Below, piece by piece: positions 1 to 10,490 of a stretch of DNA of 34,863 nucleotides (its first letter is position 1; each line of letters opens with the position of its first letter). Under the pieces are notes generated by a model. It saw nothing but the letters and a program-made list of their open reading frames with translations. It ran no database searches and was not told where the DNA came from. The stretch comes from an uncultured Chloroflexota bacterium (lineage in GTDB: Bacteria; Chloroflexota; UBA11872; UBA12225), in contig CAILQO010000609.1 of NCBI GenBank assembly GCA_903836285.1, forward strand, positions 1 to 34,863, read 5' to 3'. A program made the translations under genes and the position numbers.

Positions 1-27
1 CGGTTAGTCGACACGCCCCGTGGCGAT

Positions 28-1134
28 ATGCTGCCCGGTGTGACCAACGCACGTCCGTTCGGGGTGACCGCGCGCGAGCTCCTGCAGCGTCGCGTCGCCG
101 CCCTGCCGACGCTGCCCCCACCCCCTCGAGGCCCGGGCCAACTGGCGCAGTGGCAGGCACGCCTGCGCGACAGCGTTGCCCGAGTACTCGGCATCTCGGA
201 CGAGTTGCGCGAGCACACGGCTGACGTCCATTGGGCGATCACGTCATCGACACGGTGCGACGGCTTCATCCGGCACCGTGTGGAATATGCGGGGGCACTT
301 GGTGGCACCGGCACCGCCTACGTCTTGGTGCCGGAACCGGCACCGGACGCCCTGGTTGCAGGTATCGCGTGCTTGCACGGCCACGGCAACATGCTTGGCA
401 AGGAGCTGGTTGCCGGGGGTGGGCCCGAGGGCGGCGCAAGCGAGGACGAACTCACGACCGTCATCGCGCAGTACGGCTACGACTTCGGGGCGCGCCTCGC
501 CCGACGCGGCCACGTCGTGATCGCCCCGGACGCCCTCGGCTTCGGGGAACGTGTGGACGACCGGGGAGCCCCACACCACCAAGCGATGGGCCGTGTCGTC
601 GAGTACCTCGGCTACACGCACACCGGGCTGCGATTGCTTGATGATCGTCGGGCGCTCTCGGTGCTTGCCTCATGGCCCGGCGTCGATGCGTCAAGAATCG
701 GGGCAGTCGGCCTTTCAGAAGGGGGGAAGCGCACGCTCTTCCTCGCGGCGTTCGATGAGCGGGTGCACGCAGCGGTTGTCAGCGGGTACTTCACGACGCT
801 CCGCAACGAGGTTGCCGTCTGGGATCGCCTCGGCGGGTGGGATCTCTGCAACGCGTTGCCCGGACTCCTGCACGTCGCCGACTTGCCGGAGATCGCGGCC
901 TTGGTCGCACCGCGTCCACTCCTCGTGCAGAACGGGCGCGACGACCGCCTTTACGACCTTGACGCGGTCAAGAACGGCTTCGCACGGGTGGTCGAGGCGT
1001 ACTCTGGGGTCGGTGCACTCGACGCTGTGGCGCTTGACCTGTTCGCGGGTGGGCATCGGTTTGTCCCTGAGGCGCCCGAGGAATGGCTGTCCCGGTGGCT
1101 ACCGCCGGCCCTCGCAGCGAACACGGGAGGCTAG
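28..1134 (+). CDS. Alpha/beta hydrolase (dienelactone hydrolase / acetylxylan esterase-like)
   Basis: 368-aa ORF with CLHGHG, APDALGFGER, nucleophile elbow GLSEGG, then GRDD (Asp) and GGHRF (His) completing the catalytic triad. Confidence 0.85.
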   Translation: MLPGVTNARPFGVTARELLQRRVAALPTLPPPPRGPGQLAQWQARLRDSVARVLGISDELREHTADVHWAITSSTRCDGFIRHRVEYAGALGGTGTAYVLVPEPAPDALVAGIACLHGHGNMLGKELVAGGGPEGGASEDELTTVIAQYGYDFGARLARRGHVVIAPDALGFGERVDDRGAPHHQAMGRVVEYLGYTHTGLRLLDDRRALSVLASWPGVDASRIGAVGLSEGGKRTLFLAAFDERVHAAVVSGYFTTLRNEVAVWDRLGGWDLCNALPGLLHVADLPEIAALVAPRPLLVQNGRDDRLYDLDAVKNGFARVVEAYSGVGALDAVALDLFAGGHRFVPEAPEEWLSRWLPPALAANTGG

Positions 1135-1137
1135 CGG

Positions 1138-2340
1138 GTGCCGCCGTTCGCGTTCCGCGCACCCGCACGCATCCTGACCGGGAGCGGGGCCGCACTGGAG
1201 GCTGGCGCCGCCATGCAGGCGACCGGCGCGCGCCACGTCCTCGTCGTATCCGACCCGTTCATTCTCGCTGGGCACGCCGCCAGGGCTGTTGTTGCCACCT
1301 TGGCAGACGCTGGACTGCAGGTGACGATGTTCGACCGGGTGGACGGCGAACCGACTGTGCGCCTCGTGGACGAGGCGTACGCCGCCGCGGTCCAAGCCGG
1401 CGTGGACGGGGTCATCGGGCTTGGCGGCGGCAGTGCGATGGACGTGGCGAAGGCGGCCGCCATCCTCGCCAAGCACGGTGGGCCGCTGGCCCGGTTCGAG
1501 GGGGCCGACCGCGTGCCTCCCGGGCGGCTGCCGCTTGCGTGCATTGCCACGACCGCCGGCACTGGATCGGAGGCAACGCGGTACCTGATCGTCACCGACG
1601 AGGCGCGCGACCGCAAGATGCTTGTCTCAACTTGGGAGTGCTTGCCGGACGTCGCGGTTGCAGACCCGGCCCTGACGCGGTACGTGCCGACGCGCGCTGC
1701 CGTCGCCGCCGGTATCGACGCCTTCACGCATGCACTGGAGGCATACGTGTCGCGACGGGCGCAACCGCTGACCGATGGACTGGCCCTGAACGCCATCAGG
1801 CGGATCGTGCCAGCCTTGCCCCGCGTCGTGGCTGACCCGTCCGATGATCTTGCACGCGAGGCAATGTCGATGGGAGCCCTCGAGGCGGGCATTGCCTTCG
1901 CGAACGCGTCGGTCGCCCTGGTGCACGGGATGGCGCGGCCCCTTGGCGCACGTTTTGGGATCGCCCACGGCATGGCAAACGCCGTCCTCCTGCCAATCGT
2001 TTGTGGATGGTCGTGGCCGGCGGCACCGGCCCGCTACCGCGACATCGGTGCGGCGATGGGTGCGATCGCGACGCAAGGCGACACACCTGCCGACGCGGGG
2101 GCGCGAAACACGGTCGCTGCCATCGTGCGGTTGTGCGAGGCGATTGGCGTGCCGACGATGGCGGGGCTTGGCATTCCGGCGGACGCTTACGCAGCGGCAA
2201 TCCCCGCGATGGCCATCGATGCGCTCGCAAGCGGCAGTCCGGCGAACAACCCGCGCGTACCCCTCGCCGACGACCTCGAACGCCTGTACCGCGCTGCGTA
2301 TTTCGGTGGCACGGAAGCCGCCGTCGCCATGGCACGTTGA
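1138..2340 (+). CDS. Iron-containing alcohol dehydrogenase
   Basis: GLGGGSAMDVAK, TTAGTGSEAT, DAFTHALE, VHGMA and HGMANA metal-binding motifs; GTG start 3 nt after the upstream stop. Confidence 0.93.
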   Translation: MPPFAFRAPARILTGSGAALEAGAAMQATGARHVLVVSDPFILAGHAARAVVATLADAGLQVTMFDRVDGEPTVRLVDEAYAAAVQAGVDGVIGLGGGSAMDVAKAAAILAKHGGPLARFEGADRVPPGRLPLACIATTAGTGSEATRYLIVTDEARDRKMLVSTWECLPDVAVADPALTRYVPTRAAVAAGIDAFTHALEAYVSRRAQPLTDGLALNAIRRIVPALPRVVADPSDDLAREAMSMGALEAGIAFANASVALVHGMARPLGARFGIAHGMANAVLLPIVCGWSWPAAPARYRDIGAAMGAIATQGDTPADAGARNTVAAIVRLCEAIGVPTMAGLGIPADAYAAAIPAMAIDALASGSPANNPRVPLADDLERLYRAAYFGGTEAAVAMAR

Positions 2341-2409
2341 CGGCCCTCCAATCGTGCAGTAGGGTGCCGGTCGGCGCGGTGGGTGGCACCGGCGCGGAAG
2401 GGACGCACG

Positions 2410-3702
2410 ATGCAGGACGGTGGACGGCGTCTTATTCGTGGCGCGCGACTCTGGGACGGAACCGCCCGCCCGCCGACGTTTCACGGCGCGGTCCTGATTG
2501 AGGGCAATCGAATCCGGGCGACAGGCACGGCCGCCGACTTCGAGTCGATCGCGACCGAGGTTCCCGTCGATGACTTTCCCGGCGCAACAATCATGCCGGG
2601 GCTCGTCGACGCCCACACCCATCTCGTCGGCTTCGGCGATGGTCGCCCTGGAGACGCACTATCCGACGTGGCGCCGGAACTCCTCCTCCTGAACGCGGCA
2701 CGCAACGTGCGGAACCACTTGCATGCGGGCGTTACGACCCTGCGTGACCTCGGTACGCCGGGGACGATCGCGTTCCGGTTGCGTGACGCCGCCCGTCAGG
2801 GGATTGTGGAGTCGCCGCGGTTAGTTCTTGCGGGCCGCCCGATCACGATTACCGGCGGCCACCTCTGGTACTTCGGACAGGAGGCCGACGGCGTCGACAG
2901 CGTCCGGCAGGCCGTCCGCCAAGTCGTCAAGGAAGGGGCAGACGTCGTCAAGATCATCGCCACAGGCGGCAGCACGCGCACGAGCTACCCGTACCGCGCG
3001 GCGTTCACGCCGGCCGAGGTGCAGGCCGCCGTGGATGAGGCGCACCGCTTTGGCAAGCCGACCGCCGCGCATTGCGTCTCCAACATCGGCATGACGAATG
3101 CCCTTGACGCAGGTGTCGAGACGATCGTGCACGCCGTGTTCAAGGAACCGGATGGCACGGATCACTTCGACGACGCGATCGCGATGCGCCTTGCGTCGTC
3201 CGGTGCCTGGGTCGATTACACCGTCGCGCAGGGCGCAATCCGCCTCCGCCACCTCGAATCGGTGGAAGCGGGGGGAACTCCGCTCTCGCACGCTGAACGT
3301 GCCGAGGTGGACTCCCTGATCGCCTACCGCGCGGTCCGCGGGGACCATCATGCCCGCTTGCGGTCGATGGGCGCGCGATTCGTCATGGGCAGTGACTCGT
3401 CGTGGATGTGGTACGAGATGGGAAGGTTCTGTGAGGAGATCATCGAGTCGGTGATCTGGGGACTGCCGGTCCTCGATGCCTTGCGGGGGGGCACTTCATG
3501 GGCAGCCGAGGTCCTCGGCATCCAGAACGAGGCCGGCAGCTTGGTACCCGGATTGGTCGCAGACGTCCTTGTCGTCGGTGGCGACCCCACTCGAGACCCG
3601 ACCGCCCTGCGTGACGTGCAGGCGGTGTACCAGTCCGGGCGGCGCGTGGTCGGGGCTGGTACCGGCCCACGGCAGGGCCCGGTCGACGAGGCCCACCCGT
3701 GA
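2410..3702 (+). CDS. Metal-dependent amidohydrolase
   Basis: MPGLVDAHTH, GVTTLRD, VVKIIATGG, AAHC, IVHA and GSD motifs; ATG 2410 follows GGAAGGGA. Confidence 0.9.
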   Translation: MQDGGRRLIRGARLWDGTARPPTFHGAVLIEGNRIRATGTAADFESIATEVPVDDFPGATIMPGLVDAHTHLVGFGDGRPGDALSDVAPELLLLNAARNVRNHLHAGVTTLRDLGTPGTIAFRLRDAARQGIVESPRLVLAGRPITITGGHLWYFGQEADGVDSVRQAVRQVVKEGADVVKIIATGGSTRTSYPYRAAFTPAEVQAAVDEAHRFGKPTAAHCVSNIGMTNALDAGVETIVHAVFKEPDGTDHFDDAIAMRLASSGAWVDYTVAQGAIRLRHLESVEAGGTPLSHAERAEVDSLIAYRAVRGDHHARLRSMGARFVMGSDSSWMWYEMGRFCEEIIESVIWGLPVLDALRGGTSWAAEVLGIQNEAGSLVPGLVADVLVVGGDPTRDPTALRDVQAVYQSGRRVVGAGTGPRQGPVDEAHP

Positions 3703-4784
3703 GCACCGGGCCGACCTACGTGGTCGGCGCAATCCTGACCGCGCACCCGCACACCGTCGCGCACCTCCGCACCCTTGACGTGCTCCCGGAGGTCGAGGCG
3801 ATCCATGTCCACTGGCTGGATGGGGCCGACCCGGCGACCCTTGGCGCGGATGTGCCCCTCCGCAAGGTCGTCGCGACGCACGCGCACGTGCACGACCTGC
3901 TTGGCGTCTCGGGACTCGACGCGGCCATCGTCTGCGTGCGCACCGACCGGTGCCCTGACGTCCTCCAGACAGCGATCGCGGCAGAAGTTCCCGTCTTGTT
4001 CGAGAAACCGGGTGCCCTCGACGCCGCCACCTTGTGGGAGTTGGCCGCCGAGGCGCGTCGGCGCTCGGTCACCGTTGGGACGTTCCTGAGTTGGCGAGGT
4101 CACCCTGCCGTGACCCAAGTGCGCGACGCTCTCGGGGCCGGCGCACTCGGCGACCTGCTTGGCGTGGAAGGGCGCATGGTCACCTCACAGGTGCGATACC
4201 GCGATCCGTCCCACTGGCTTTTCCGCCGAGACCTGGCCGGCAGCGGCATCCTCTCGTGGTTGGGATGCCACTTTCTCGATGCGTTGTGCTTCATGACCGG
4301 GGACTCGATCGCCGAGGTGTCGGCCATGGTGGGTCGGCGCAATCCAGAACCGATCGAGGTCGAGGACACGGCGTGCCTGGCGATACGGATGCGGGGCGGC
4401 GCGTTGGGCACCTTCAACGCCGGGTACCACCTGGTAGGCAGCGTGCCCGGCTACATGGGCGCCGCCTACGACACCTTCCTCGGCTTGCGAGGCACGCGGG
4501 GCCATGCACGATTGCCACTCTCAGAGGGCGCGACGGCAACGCTTGTCAGCGAGGCACCGGGATGGCGGGAGGGCGGTCGCCGCGAATGGCGGTTTGACTT
4601 GCCGGCGTCCAGTGCCTACCACGGGGTCCCCGGCGAAGAGTTTGTCCGTCGCTTCCTCCACGACGCACGCGCACGTGTCCCGGCGGTTGCGCCAATCGAG
4701 TCCATCGCACACGTCCTCGACGTCGTCGAGGCGGCAATCCGGTCGTCGGAGACCGGGCGAGCCACGCGGGTCCACGAACGCTGA
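3699..4784 (+). CDS. Gfo/Idh/MocA family oxidoreductase
   Basis: FEKPG motif, GSGILSWLGCHFLD, VEDTA; GTGA overlap with the upstream stop. Confidence 0.85.
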   Translation: MSTGPTYVVGAILTAHPHTVAHLRTLDVLPEVEAIHVHWLDGADPATLGADVPLRKVVATHAHVHDLLGVSGLDAAIVCVRTDRCPDVLQTAIAAEVPVLFEKPGALDAATLWELAAEARRRSVTVGTFLSWRGHPAVTQVRDALGAGALGDLLGVEGRMVTSQVRYRDPSHWLFRRDLAGSGILSWLGCHFLDALCFMTGDSIAEVSAMVGRRNPEPIEVEDTACLAIRMRGGALGTFNAGYHLVGSVPGYMGAAYDTFLGLRGTRGHARLPLSEGATATLVSEAPGWREGGRREWRFDLPASSAYHGVPGEEFVRRFLHDARARVPAVAPIESIAHVLDVVEAAIRSSETGRATRVHER

Positions 4785-4875
4785 CGTTCCGGCGGGGCCG
4801 CACCCAGACACGGACCCGCCGCAATGTGGATTGCGCCGCGCCCCCCATCACGCACTGCGCCGAGGAGAGAGAAGG

Positions 4876-5994
4876 ATGAACACTCACCGGGCCGCGATCA
4901 TCGGCCTCACCTGGATCGCCGCCGGGCCGTTGCACGACCCACCCCACCCAGTGTTTGGCCACATCCACGCCGACAACCACGCCGCCGGCTACCTGCCGAT
5001 TGAGAACGTCACCGTCGTCGGTGCGTGTGATCTCGTGCCGGAACGGAACGCCGAATTCATCGCGAACTGGGGCACGCACTGGCCTGAGGCGAGGACCTAC
5101 ACCAACTACAAGCAGATGCTCACGGAGACGTCGCCAAGCATCCTGAGCGTCGTGACGCCGGACCACCGGCACGCCGACATCGTTGTGGCGGCATGCGAGG
5201 CGGGAGTTCGCGGCATTTACTGCGAGAAGCCGATTGCGACAACGCTTGCCGACGCTGACCGCATCATTGCCGCGTGTCGCGCGCACGACGTGGTGCTGTC
5301 AATCGACCATACGCGCCGGTGGCGGCAGGTGTGGCACCAGGCACGCAACCTCGTGCGCTCAGGCGATCTCGGCCCCTTGCGGCGCATCGTCGCCACGCTG
5401 GCCGGACCGCGCGCGATGCTCTTCCGCAATGCGACGCACCTCGTCGACATGGTGAACTTCTTCGCCGACAGTGACCCGGCGTGGGTGATCGCCGACCTGG
5501 ACGAGTCGCATGCCGCCTACGGCCCGCGCTACGCCGGCGACGGCGGCCACGACCCGGCGACCGACCCGGGGGCGAGCGCCTACGTGCGCTTCGAGAACGG
5601 CGTCCGTGCCTTCATCATCGCGAACAAGGATGGCGTGGCGCGCTTCGAGCTTCGTATCGAGTGCGACCACGGGCGGATCACGATTGACGACGGGGCTGGG
5701 GCGGCCGAGGTGTCGCAGCTTGCAAAGGCCGCGCCCTTGGGCGGCGAGGCAACCGGCAACGCCCGCGCCATGCGATGGACCATGCCCGCCGCGCCGCTCG
5801 CGTGGGGTGGCCTTGAGGCAGGACTGCGCGAGGTCATCGCCCACGTTGAGGCCAAGGCGGCCGGCATCGCCCCGCCCGCCCCGCTGGTCTCGACCGGTGA
5901 AGATGGCCGGCGTACGCTCTCGGTGCTGCTGGGCATCTTGCAGTCGCAGCAAGCCGGGAACGCAAAGGTGACCTACCCCATCACTGACGCGTGA
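4876..5994 (+). CDS. Gfo/Idh/MocA family oxidoreductase
   Basis: VVTPDHRH, YCEKPIA, NATHLVD; ATG 4876 preceded by purine-rich GAGGAGAGAGAAGG, so the ORF-track extension from 4504 is discounted. Confidence 0.88.
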   Translation: MNTHRAAIIGLTWIAAGPLHDPPHPVFGHIHADNHAAGYLPIENVTVVGACDLVPERNAEFIANWGTHWPEARTYTNYKQMLTETSPSILSVVTPDHRHADIVVAACEAGVRGIYCEKPIATTLADADRIIAACRAHDVVLSIDHTRRWRQVWHQARNLVRSGDLGPLRRIVATLAGPRAMLFRNATHLVDMVNFFADSDPAWVIADLDESHAAYGPRYAGDGGHDPATDPGASAYVRFENGVRAFIIANKDGVARFELRIECDHGRITIDDGAGAAEVSQLAKAAPLGGEATGNARAMRWTMPAAPLAWGGLEAGLREVIAHVEAKAAGIAPPAPLVSTGEDGRRTLSVLLGILQSQQAGNAKVTYPITDA

Positions 5995-6102
5995 CCGACG
6001 AGGTGCCATGCAGGTTTGGGCGCGCCGACCCGCTCCGGCGCGCAGACCAGTGGCGTGCCGCACGGGCGGAGGCAGCGCAGCAGACATGCGGAAGGACGGC
6101 AC

Positions 6103-7068
6103 ATGAAACTTGGAACGGTGACCCTCGGCGATGGCACGAACCGCCTCGCCGCGCCAGCAAACGAGGCGGCGGCGCCGGAGGCGGGGCCATATATCGACGT
6201 GCACGCCGCAGGTATCGCGGCCGGTCTCGGCGCGTCGGCACTGCACGCACTTCATTCCGTCGAAGCAATGCTCGCCGCTGGTGACGCCGGCCTCGCAGCA
6301 GTGCGGGCCGCTGTCGGACACGCTCACGGCCACGGCGTGGGCGCGTGGTCACTTGACACGGCACACGCGCGCCTGCGCGCACCGATCCTGCGCCCCGGGA
6401 AGGTGCTTGCCCTCGCCGGTAACTACATGGCGCATCGCACCGAAGGCCAATCGGGCCTGACAACCCCCGCCGAACTCCTCCTCCCCGAGGTCTTCTGCAA
6501 GCCGGTCACCTCAATCGTCGGCCACGGCGAGGCCATACGCCTGCCCGGTCCGCCGGTAATCGCCACCGACTACGAGGGAGAACTTGGCGTGGTGATAGGC
6601 AAGCCGGCGTGGAAGGTCACCGAGGCCGAGGCGATGGCACACGTCGCCGGATACTTCCCCCTGAATGACGTGTCCGGCCGGAAGCTCGATCCGGGCATGG
6701 ATCGCGACCCGGCGCAAGCCGCCCGCAACGGCTACTTCGACTGGCTGATCGGGAAGTGGCCCGACACCTTTTGCCCGATTGGCCCGTGGATGACAACCGC
6801 CGACGAAGTACCTGACCCAATGGACATGCATCTCGTTGTTCGGGTCAATGGCGAGCTACGGCAGGACACGTCGACCGGGATGATGCTCCACTCGATCGTG
6901 CGCACCATCGCGTGGTGCTCGAAGTTCATGACCCTCGAACCCGGCGACATCATCGCGACCGGCACGCCCGCCGGGGTAGGCAGCGCACGCGGAATCTTTC
7001 TGCGACCGGGTGACATCGTTGAGGTCGAGATCAGCGGCCTCGGGACCTTGCGCAACCACGTCGAGTAA
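6103..7068 (+). CDS. Fumarylacetoacetate hydrolase family protein
   Basis: GNYMAH, DYEGELGVVIGK, NDVSGR, GKWPDTFCPIGP, GDIIATGTPAGVG; ATG 6103 after GAAGGA. Confidence 0.93.
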   Translation: MKLGTVTLGDGTNRLAAPANEAAAPEAGPYIDVHAAGIAAGLGASALHALHSVEAMLAAGDAGLAAVRAAVGHAHGHGVGAWSLDTAHARLRAPILRPGKVLALAGNYMAHRTEGQSGLTTPAELLLPEVFCKPVTSIVGHGEAIRLPGPPVIATDYEGELGVVIGKPAWKVTEAEAMAHVAGYFPLNDVSGRKLDPGMDRDPAQAARNGYFDWLIGKWPDTFCPIGPWMTTADEVPDPMDMHLVVRVNGELRQDTSTGMMLHSIVRTIAWCSKFMTLEPGDIIATGTPAGVGSARGIFLRPGDIVEVEISGLGTLRNHVE

Positions 7069-7091
7069 CCCTTTCTGTTGCAGCCCGACGC

Positions 7092-7118
7092 CCCGGTCGT
7101 CGCGATGCGGCGGCCGGG
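7092..7118 (+). terminator. Candidate hairpin terminator after the FAH gene
   Basis: CCCGGTCGTCGC-GAT-GCGGCGGCCGGG forms a 12-bp stem with two G-U pairs; no U-tract follows. Confidence 0.35.
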
Positions 7119-7172
7119 CAGCGGGTGCCGTATCCGGCCGGTTGCGTATGCTTCCGGTTTGGACACGCCCAG

Positions 7173-8318
7173 ATGACAACGCGCACGCAAATCCACGCAC
7201 GACCGATCAGGCACCTCGCACCCGACCACGCACCCGCCTTCCTGGCGCCACGCGGCGCGACGCGACCGTGGTTCGACCTGACCACTGTCGACCCGATGTC
7301 GTTGACGTACGACGATGTCCTCCTCGTGCCGCAGCCTCACACGGAAATTGAGAGCCGGCGGCTGGTCGACACGTCAGTGGCGTTCGGCCCGTGGCGCCTC
7401 GACTTGCCCCTCGTCACGGCACCGATGGACACCATCGTTGGCGACCGCATGCTCGCCCTCTTTGAGGAGCTGGGCGGCCTGACCTTCTGGCCTCGATGCG
7501 ACGACCCTGTCACGGCGGTCCGCAATCACCACGACGCACACGGGCCGGACGTCCGGTGTGCGTACAGCATCGGCCTTGGGTCAGACCCCGCGACAACAAT
7601 TGACCTTGTACGTGCCCTCGCTGACGCGGGGGCCAGGATGGTGCTCGTCGACATCGCCCACGGCGGGCAGGCAAGGCTCATCCGCCTGCTTGACACGATG
7701 CAGGCCCTACCTGACTTGCATGACATGTCCTTCGTCACGGGGAATATCGCCACGGCCGCGCAGGCTCGCGACTACCTCGACCCGCCGGTCGCCGCGTACG
7801 TCCGTGTCGGGGTCGGGTCCGGGGGGCTCTGCACCACGCGCCTGATCGCCGGGACAGGAGTCGGACAGCTTTCAGCCATCTTTGACGTCGCTGGCACCGG
7901 GCTACCGGTGATCGCCGACGGCGGCGTGCGCCACCCCGGCGACGTGGCAAAGGCCATCGCCGCGGGCGCAGAGGTCGTGATGGTAGGCAGCCTACTCGCC
8001 GGGACGGACGAGACGCCCGGCGCCGTTGTGGATGACGGAACGGGGCCGAAGAAGTTCGTTCGGGGCCAGGCAAGCTATTCATACATGCTTGATAACCAGA
8101 TTGAGATCGACCTGACGCGCGCCCCCGAAGGCGAGTCGGGTCTCGTGCCTACGCGCGGGTCGGCGCGCACCGTCCTGTCGCAGGTAAGCGGCGGGTTGCG
8201 GTCCGCAATGTCGTACACGGGTGCCTCGTCACTCGTCGAGTTCCGCCGCCGCGCGGTATTCACCCTGGTCAGCAACGCGACCCTGTTCGAGAACCAGCCG
8301 CACGTCTTCAGGCGATGA
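7173..8318 (+). CDS. IMP dehydrogenase / GMP reductase family protein lacking CBS domains (probably GMP reductase-like)
   Basis: [26 protein letters not shown], catalytic-Cys loop [37 protein letters not shown]. Confidence 0.9.
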   Translation: MTTRTQIHARPIRHLAPDHAPAFLAPRGATRPWFDLTTVDPMSLTYDDVLLVPQPHTEIESRRLVDTSVAFGPWRLDLPLVTAPMDTIVGDRMLALFEELGGLTFWPRCDDPVTAVRNHHDAHGPDVRCAYSIGLGSDPATTIDLVRALADAGARMVLVDIAHGGQARLIRLLDTMQALPDLHDMSFVTGNIATAAQARDYLDPPVAAYVRVGVGSGGLCTTRLIAGTGVGQLSAIFDVAGTGLPVIADGGVRHPGDVAKAIAAGAEVVMVGSLLAGTDETPGAVVDDGTGPKKFVRGQASYSYMLDNQIEIDLTRAPEGESGLVPTRGSARTVLSQVSGGLRSAMSYTGASSLVEFRRRAVFTLVSNATLFENQPHVFRR

Positions 8319-8343
8319 GACAGCGGCGGTCGGAGGCGCTTGG

Positions 8344-9204
8344 ATGAACGTGCAGCAAGTCGTCGCACTGGCTCTGCTCGAGTTGCGGGCCGGGCGAGGG
8401 CTTTCCGCACGTGGCCTGCTTGAGCAGGTTCGTCGGGCGGTGCCCGATGCCCCTTCGGTCCAGATTGCCTGGAATCGGGTCGAGGCCCATGAGACGATGG
8501 TCTCGATCATCGACCGGTCCCTGCGAGAGGGTCCGGAGTTTTACCCGGCAAACAGCTCATGCCAGGTGCCGAATATCGGTCGAATCTACGAGGCAGTCTT
8601 CGGCCGCAAGACTGACGGGTATTTCGTCGAGGTAGGCGCCTACGACGGACGGACGTGCAGCAACACGGACTTTCTCCCCGTGCTTGGATGGTCAGGCCTC
8701 TACATCGAACCCGTCCCGGCGCACATGGAACAGTGCATCCGGTGGCACGGCGCCTATCCCGGCGTCAGGTTCGAGAACGCGGCGGCTGGAGCAGAGGAAG
8801 GGGTAGTCGAACTTACCGTTGCGGGCGTCCTCTCGACCGCAAACCAGGAAGTCGCTCAGGCATACCTTGACATCGACTGGGCCGCCCCGCACTTCGCCAG
8901 CAGCCACGTCATCCCGGTGCGGGTCCGACGCCTCGACGACATGCTTCTGGCACACAATGTCCCCTCCCACTTTGTCATCCTAGTCGTGGACACCGAAGGG
9001 TTCGAGGGCCAAGTGTTCCAGGGGTTTGCGCTTGAGGCGTGGCTTCCACGGCTTGCGATCGTCGAACTCGGAGACGACTCATCGAAAGTCCGCCAGATCG
9101 AAAGCGTCGCGGCCGACATAGACACCATCAAGACACGCTTTGACAACGCGGGGTACCACGTCGCGTTTGCTGACGAGACCAACACGATCTTCGTCCGCCG
9201 ATAG
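8344..9204 (+). CDS. FkbM family SAM-dependent methyltransferase
   Basis: GYFVEVGAYDG..SNT, GWSGLYIEP, VDTEGFE; ATG 8344 after GGAGG. Confidence 0.85.
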   Translation: MNVQQVVALALLELRAGRGLSARGLLEQVRRAVPDAPSVQIAWNRVEAHETMVSIIDRSLREGPEFYPANSSCQVPNIGRIYEAVFGRKTDGYFVEVGAYDGRTCSNTDFLPVLGWSGLYIEPVPAHMEQCIRWHGAYPGVRFENAAAGAEEGVVELTVAGVLSTANQEVAQAYLDIDWAAPHFASSHVIPVRVRRLDDMLLAHNVPSHFVILVVDTEGFEGQVFQGFALEAWLPRLAIVELGDDSSKVRQIESVAADIDTIKTRFDNAGYHVAFADETNTIFVRR

Positions 9205-9210
9205 CGCGCG

Positions 9211-10284
9211 TCACCCTCCAATCTGGGACATCGACCGCGAAGCACGTTGGAACGCCTCGCCCTCGTTGATCTGGTGTTTCTGTTCCTTCGACCACACGGC
9301 ACGACGGATCAGGCGCTCCAGTTCGAGGTCGTCCGCACCGGCGCGCATCGGCGACTTCAAGTCGGTCTCATCGATCGAGAACAGGCATGTCCGCAGTTGC
9401 CCATCGGCGGTCAGCCGGATCCGGTCACACGCGCGGCAGAACGGATGCGTTACCGGATTGATGAAGCCAACCTCACCGGCACCGTCCGAGAAGCGATAGG
9501 TGACCGCCGTACTGGATGGGTCCTGGCCGGCGAGGACGTCGAGGGGCCACCGTGCGTGAATGATCGTCCTAATTTCGTCGCCCGGCAGGACTTGGTCGGT
9601 GTCCCAGTTCCCCTCGGCATCGAGGGGCATGAACTCGATGAACCGCATCACGTAAGGCTTCCGGCGCGCAAGCCCGGCAAGCGCCACGATGTCCTCCTCG
9701 CGCGTGAAGCCCCGAACCGCCACCGCATTGACCTTTATCGGGCTGATCGTCGGATAGGCCTCAAGCGCCTCGAGGCCGGCCATCACCTGGTCCAGGGCAT
9801 CGCGACGGGTCACTTGCCAGAACCGCTTCTGGTCAAGCGTGTCAAGCGAGACATTAATCCGCGTCAGTCCCGCGGCGGCGAGCGCCGGGGTCAGTCGAGG
9901 CAGGAGAATCCCGTTCGTGGTCAGTGACAGGCTTCTCAGTCCCGTGGCCCCCAGCGGAGCCAAGCGTGCGACGATCTCGGGCAGATCGCGGCGCAACGTC
10001 GGTTCACCGCCGGTCAGGCGAACCTCCTCGACGCCGAGACTCACAAAGACCCGGGTTAGCCGTTCGATCTCGTCGATGGTGAGAATCGCGTCATTCGCCA
10101 GCCAGTCGAGCCCTTCTTCCGGCATGCAGTACGTGCACCGGAAGTTGCACCGGTCAGTGATCGAAATCCGGAGGTTGCGGATCAATCGACCAAACGAGTC
10201 GCGCAGCGGCCCTGAATCGTGCCGGGCCTCGGTGGCGACGGCACGCAACGGGGCCGGAGGGGGTTCGTGAGCGTGGGGCTTCAT
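9211..10284 (-). CDS. moaA: GTP 3',8-cyclase MoaA (radical SAM)
   Basis: LRISITDRCNFRCTYCMP (CX3CX2C), LTGGEP, RFIEFMP, FCRACDRIRLTADGQLRTCL, C-terminal IGG; start placed at ATG 10284. Confidence 0.96.
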   Translation of the reverse strand: MKPHAHEPPPAPLRAVATEARHDSGPLRDSFGRLIRNLRISITDRCNFRCTYCMPEEGLDWLANDAILTIDEIERLTRVFVSLGVEEVRLTGGEPTLRRDLPEIVARLAPLGATGLRSLSLTTNGILLPRLTPALAAAGLTRINVSLDTLDQKRFWQVTRRDALDQVMAGLEALEAYPTISPIKVNAVAVRGFTREEDIVALAGLARRKPYVMRFIEFMPLDAEGNWDTDQVLPGDEIRTIIHARWPLDVLAGQDPSSTAVTYRFSDGAGEVGFINPVTHPFCRACDRIRLTADGQLRTCLFSIDETDLKSPMRAGADDLELERLIRRAVWSKEQKHQINEGEAFQRASRSMSQIGG

Positions 10285-10490
10285 GTAACCGCGGGTCTCG
10301 AGGCTCGTCAATGCGGCGACCTCAGCCCGATTCGGTCGCCCGCGAGGGGGCACGACAGCGACGGCATCGCGGCGGGGTATGAGCAAGCGTACCACCGGTG
10401 TGGACAGCACGCGCGTACCATCGGCAGCGGACACGCAGGCGACCGACGATCCTGCACAAGCGGGTTGCCATGGGAACGAAGGGGACAGTT

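Noticed and set aside
4504-4875. 124-aa N-terminal extension of the second Gfo/Idh/MocA ORF
   Set aside because: It overlaps the upstream gene, is Arg/Ser-rich shadow sequence, and a strong SD precedes ATG 4876
7069-7172. Purine riboswitch upstream of the IMPDH/GMPR gene
   Set aside because: Only one GC hairpin and a TATGCT hexamer are visible; no three-way-junction purine aptamer consensus
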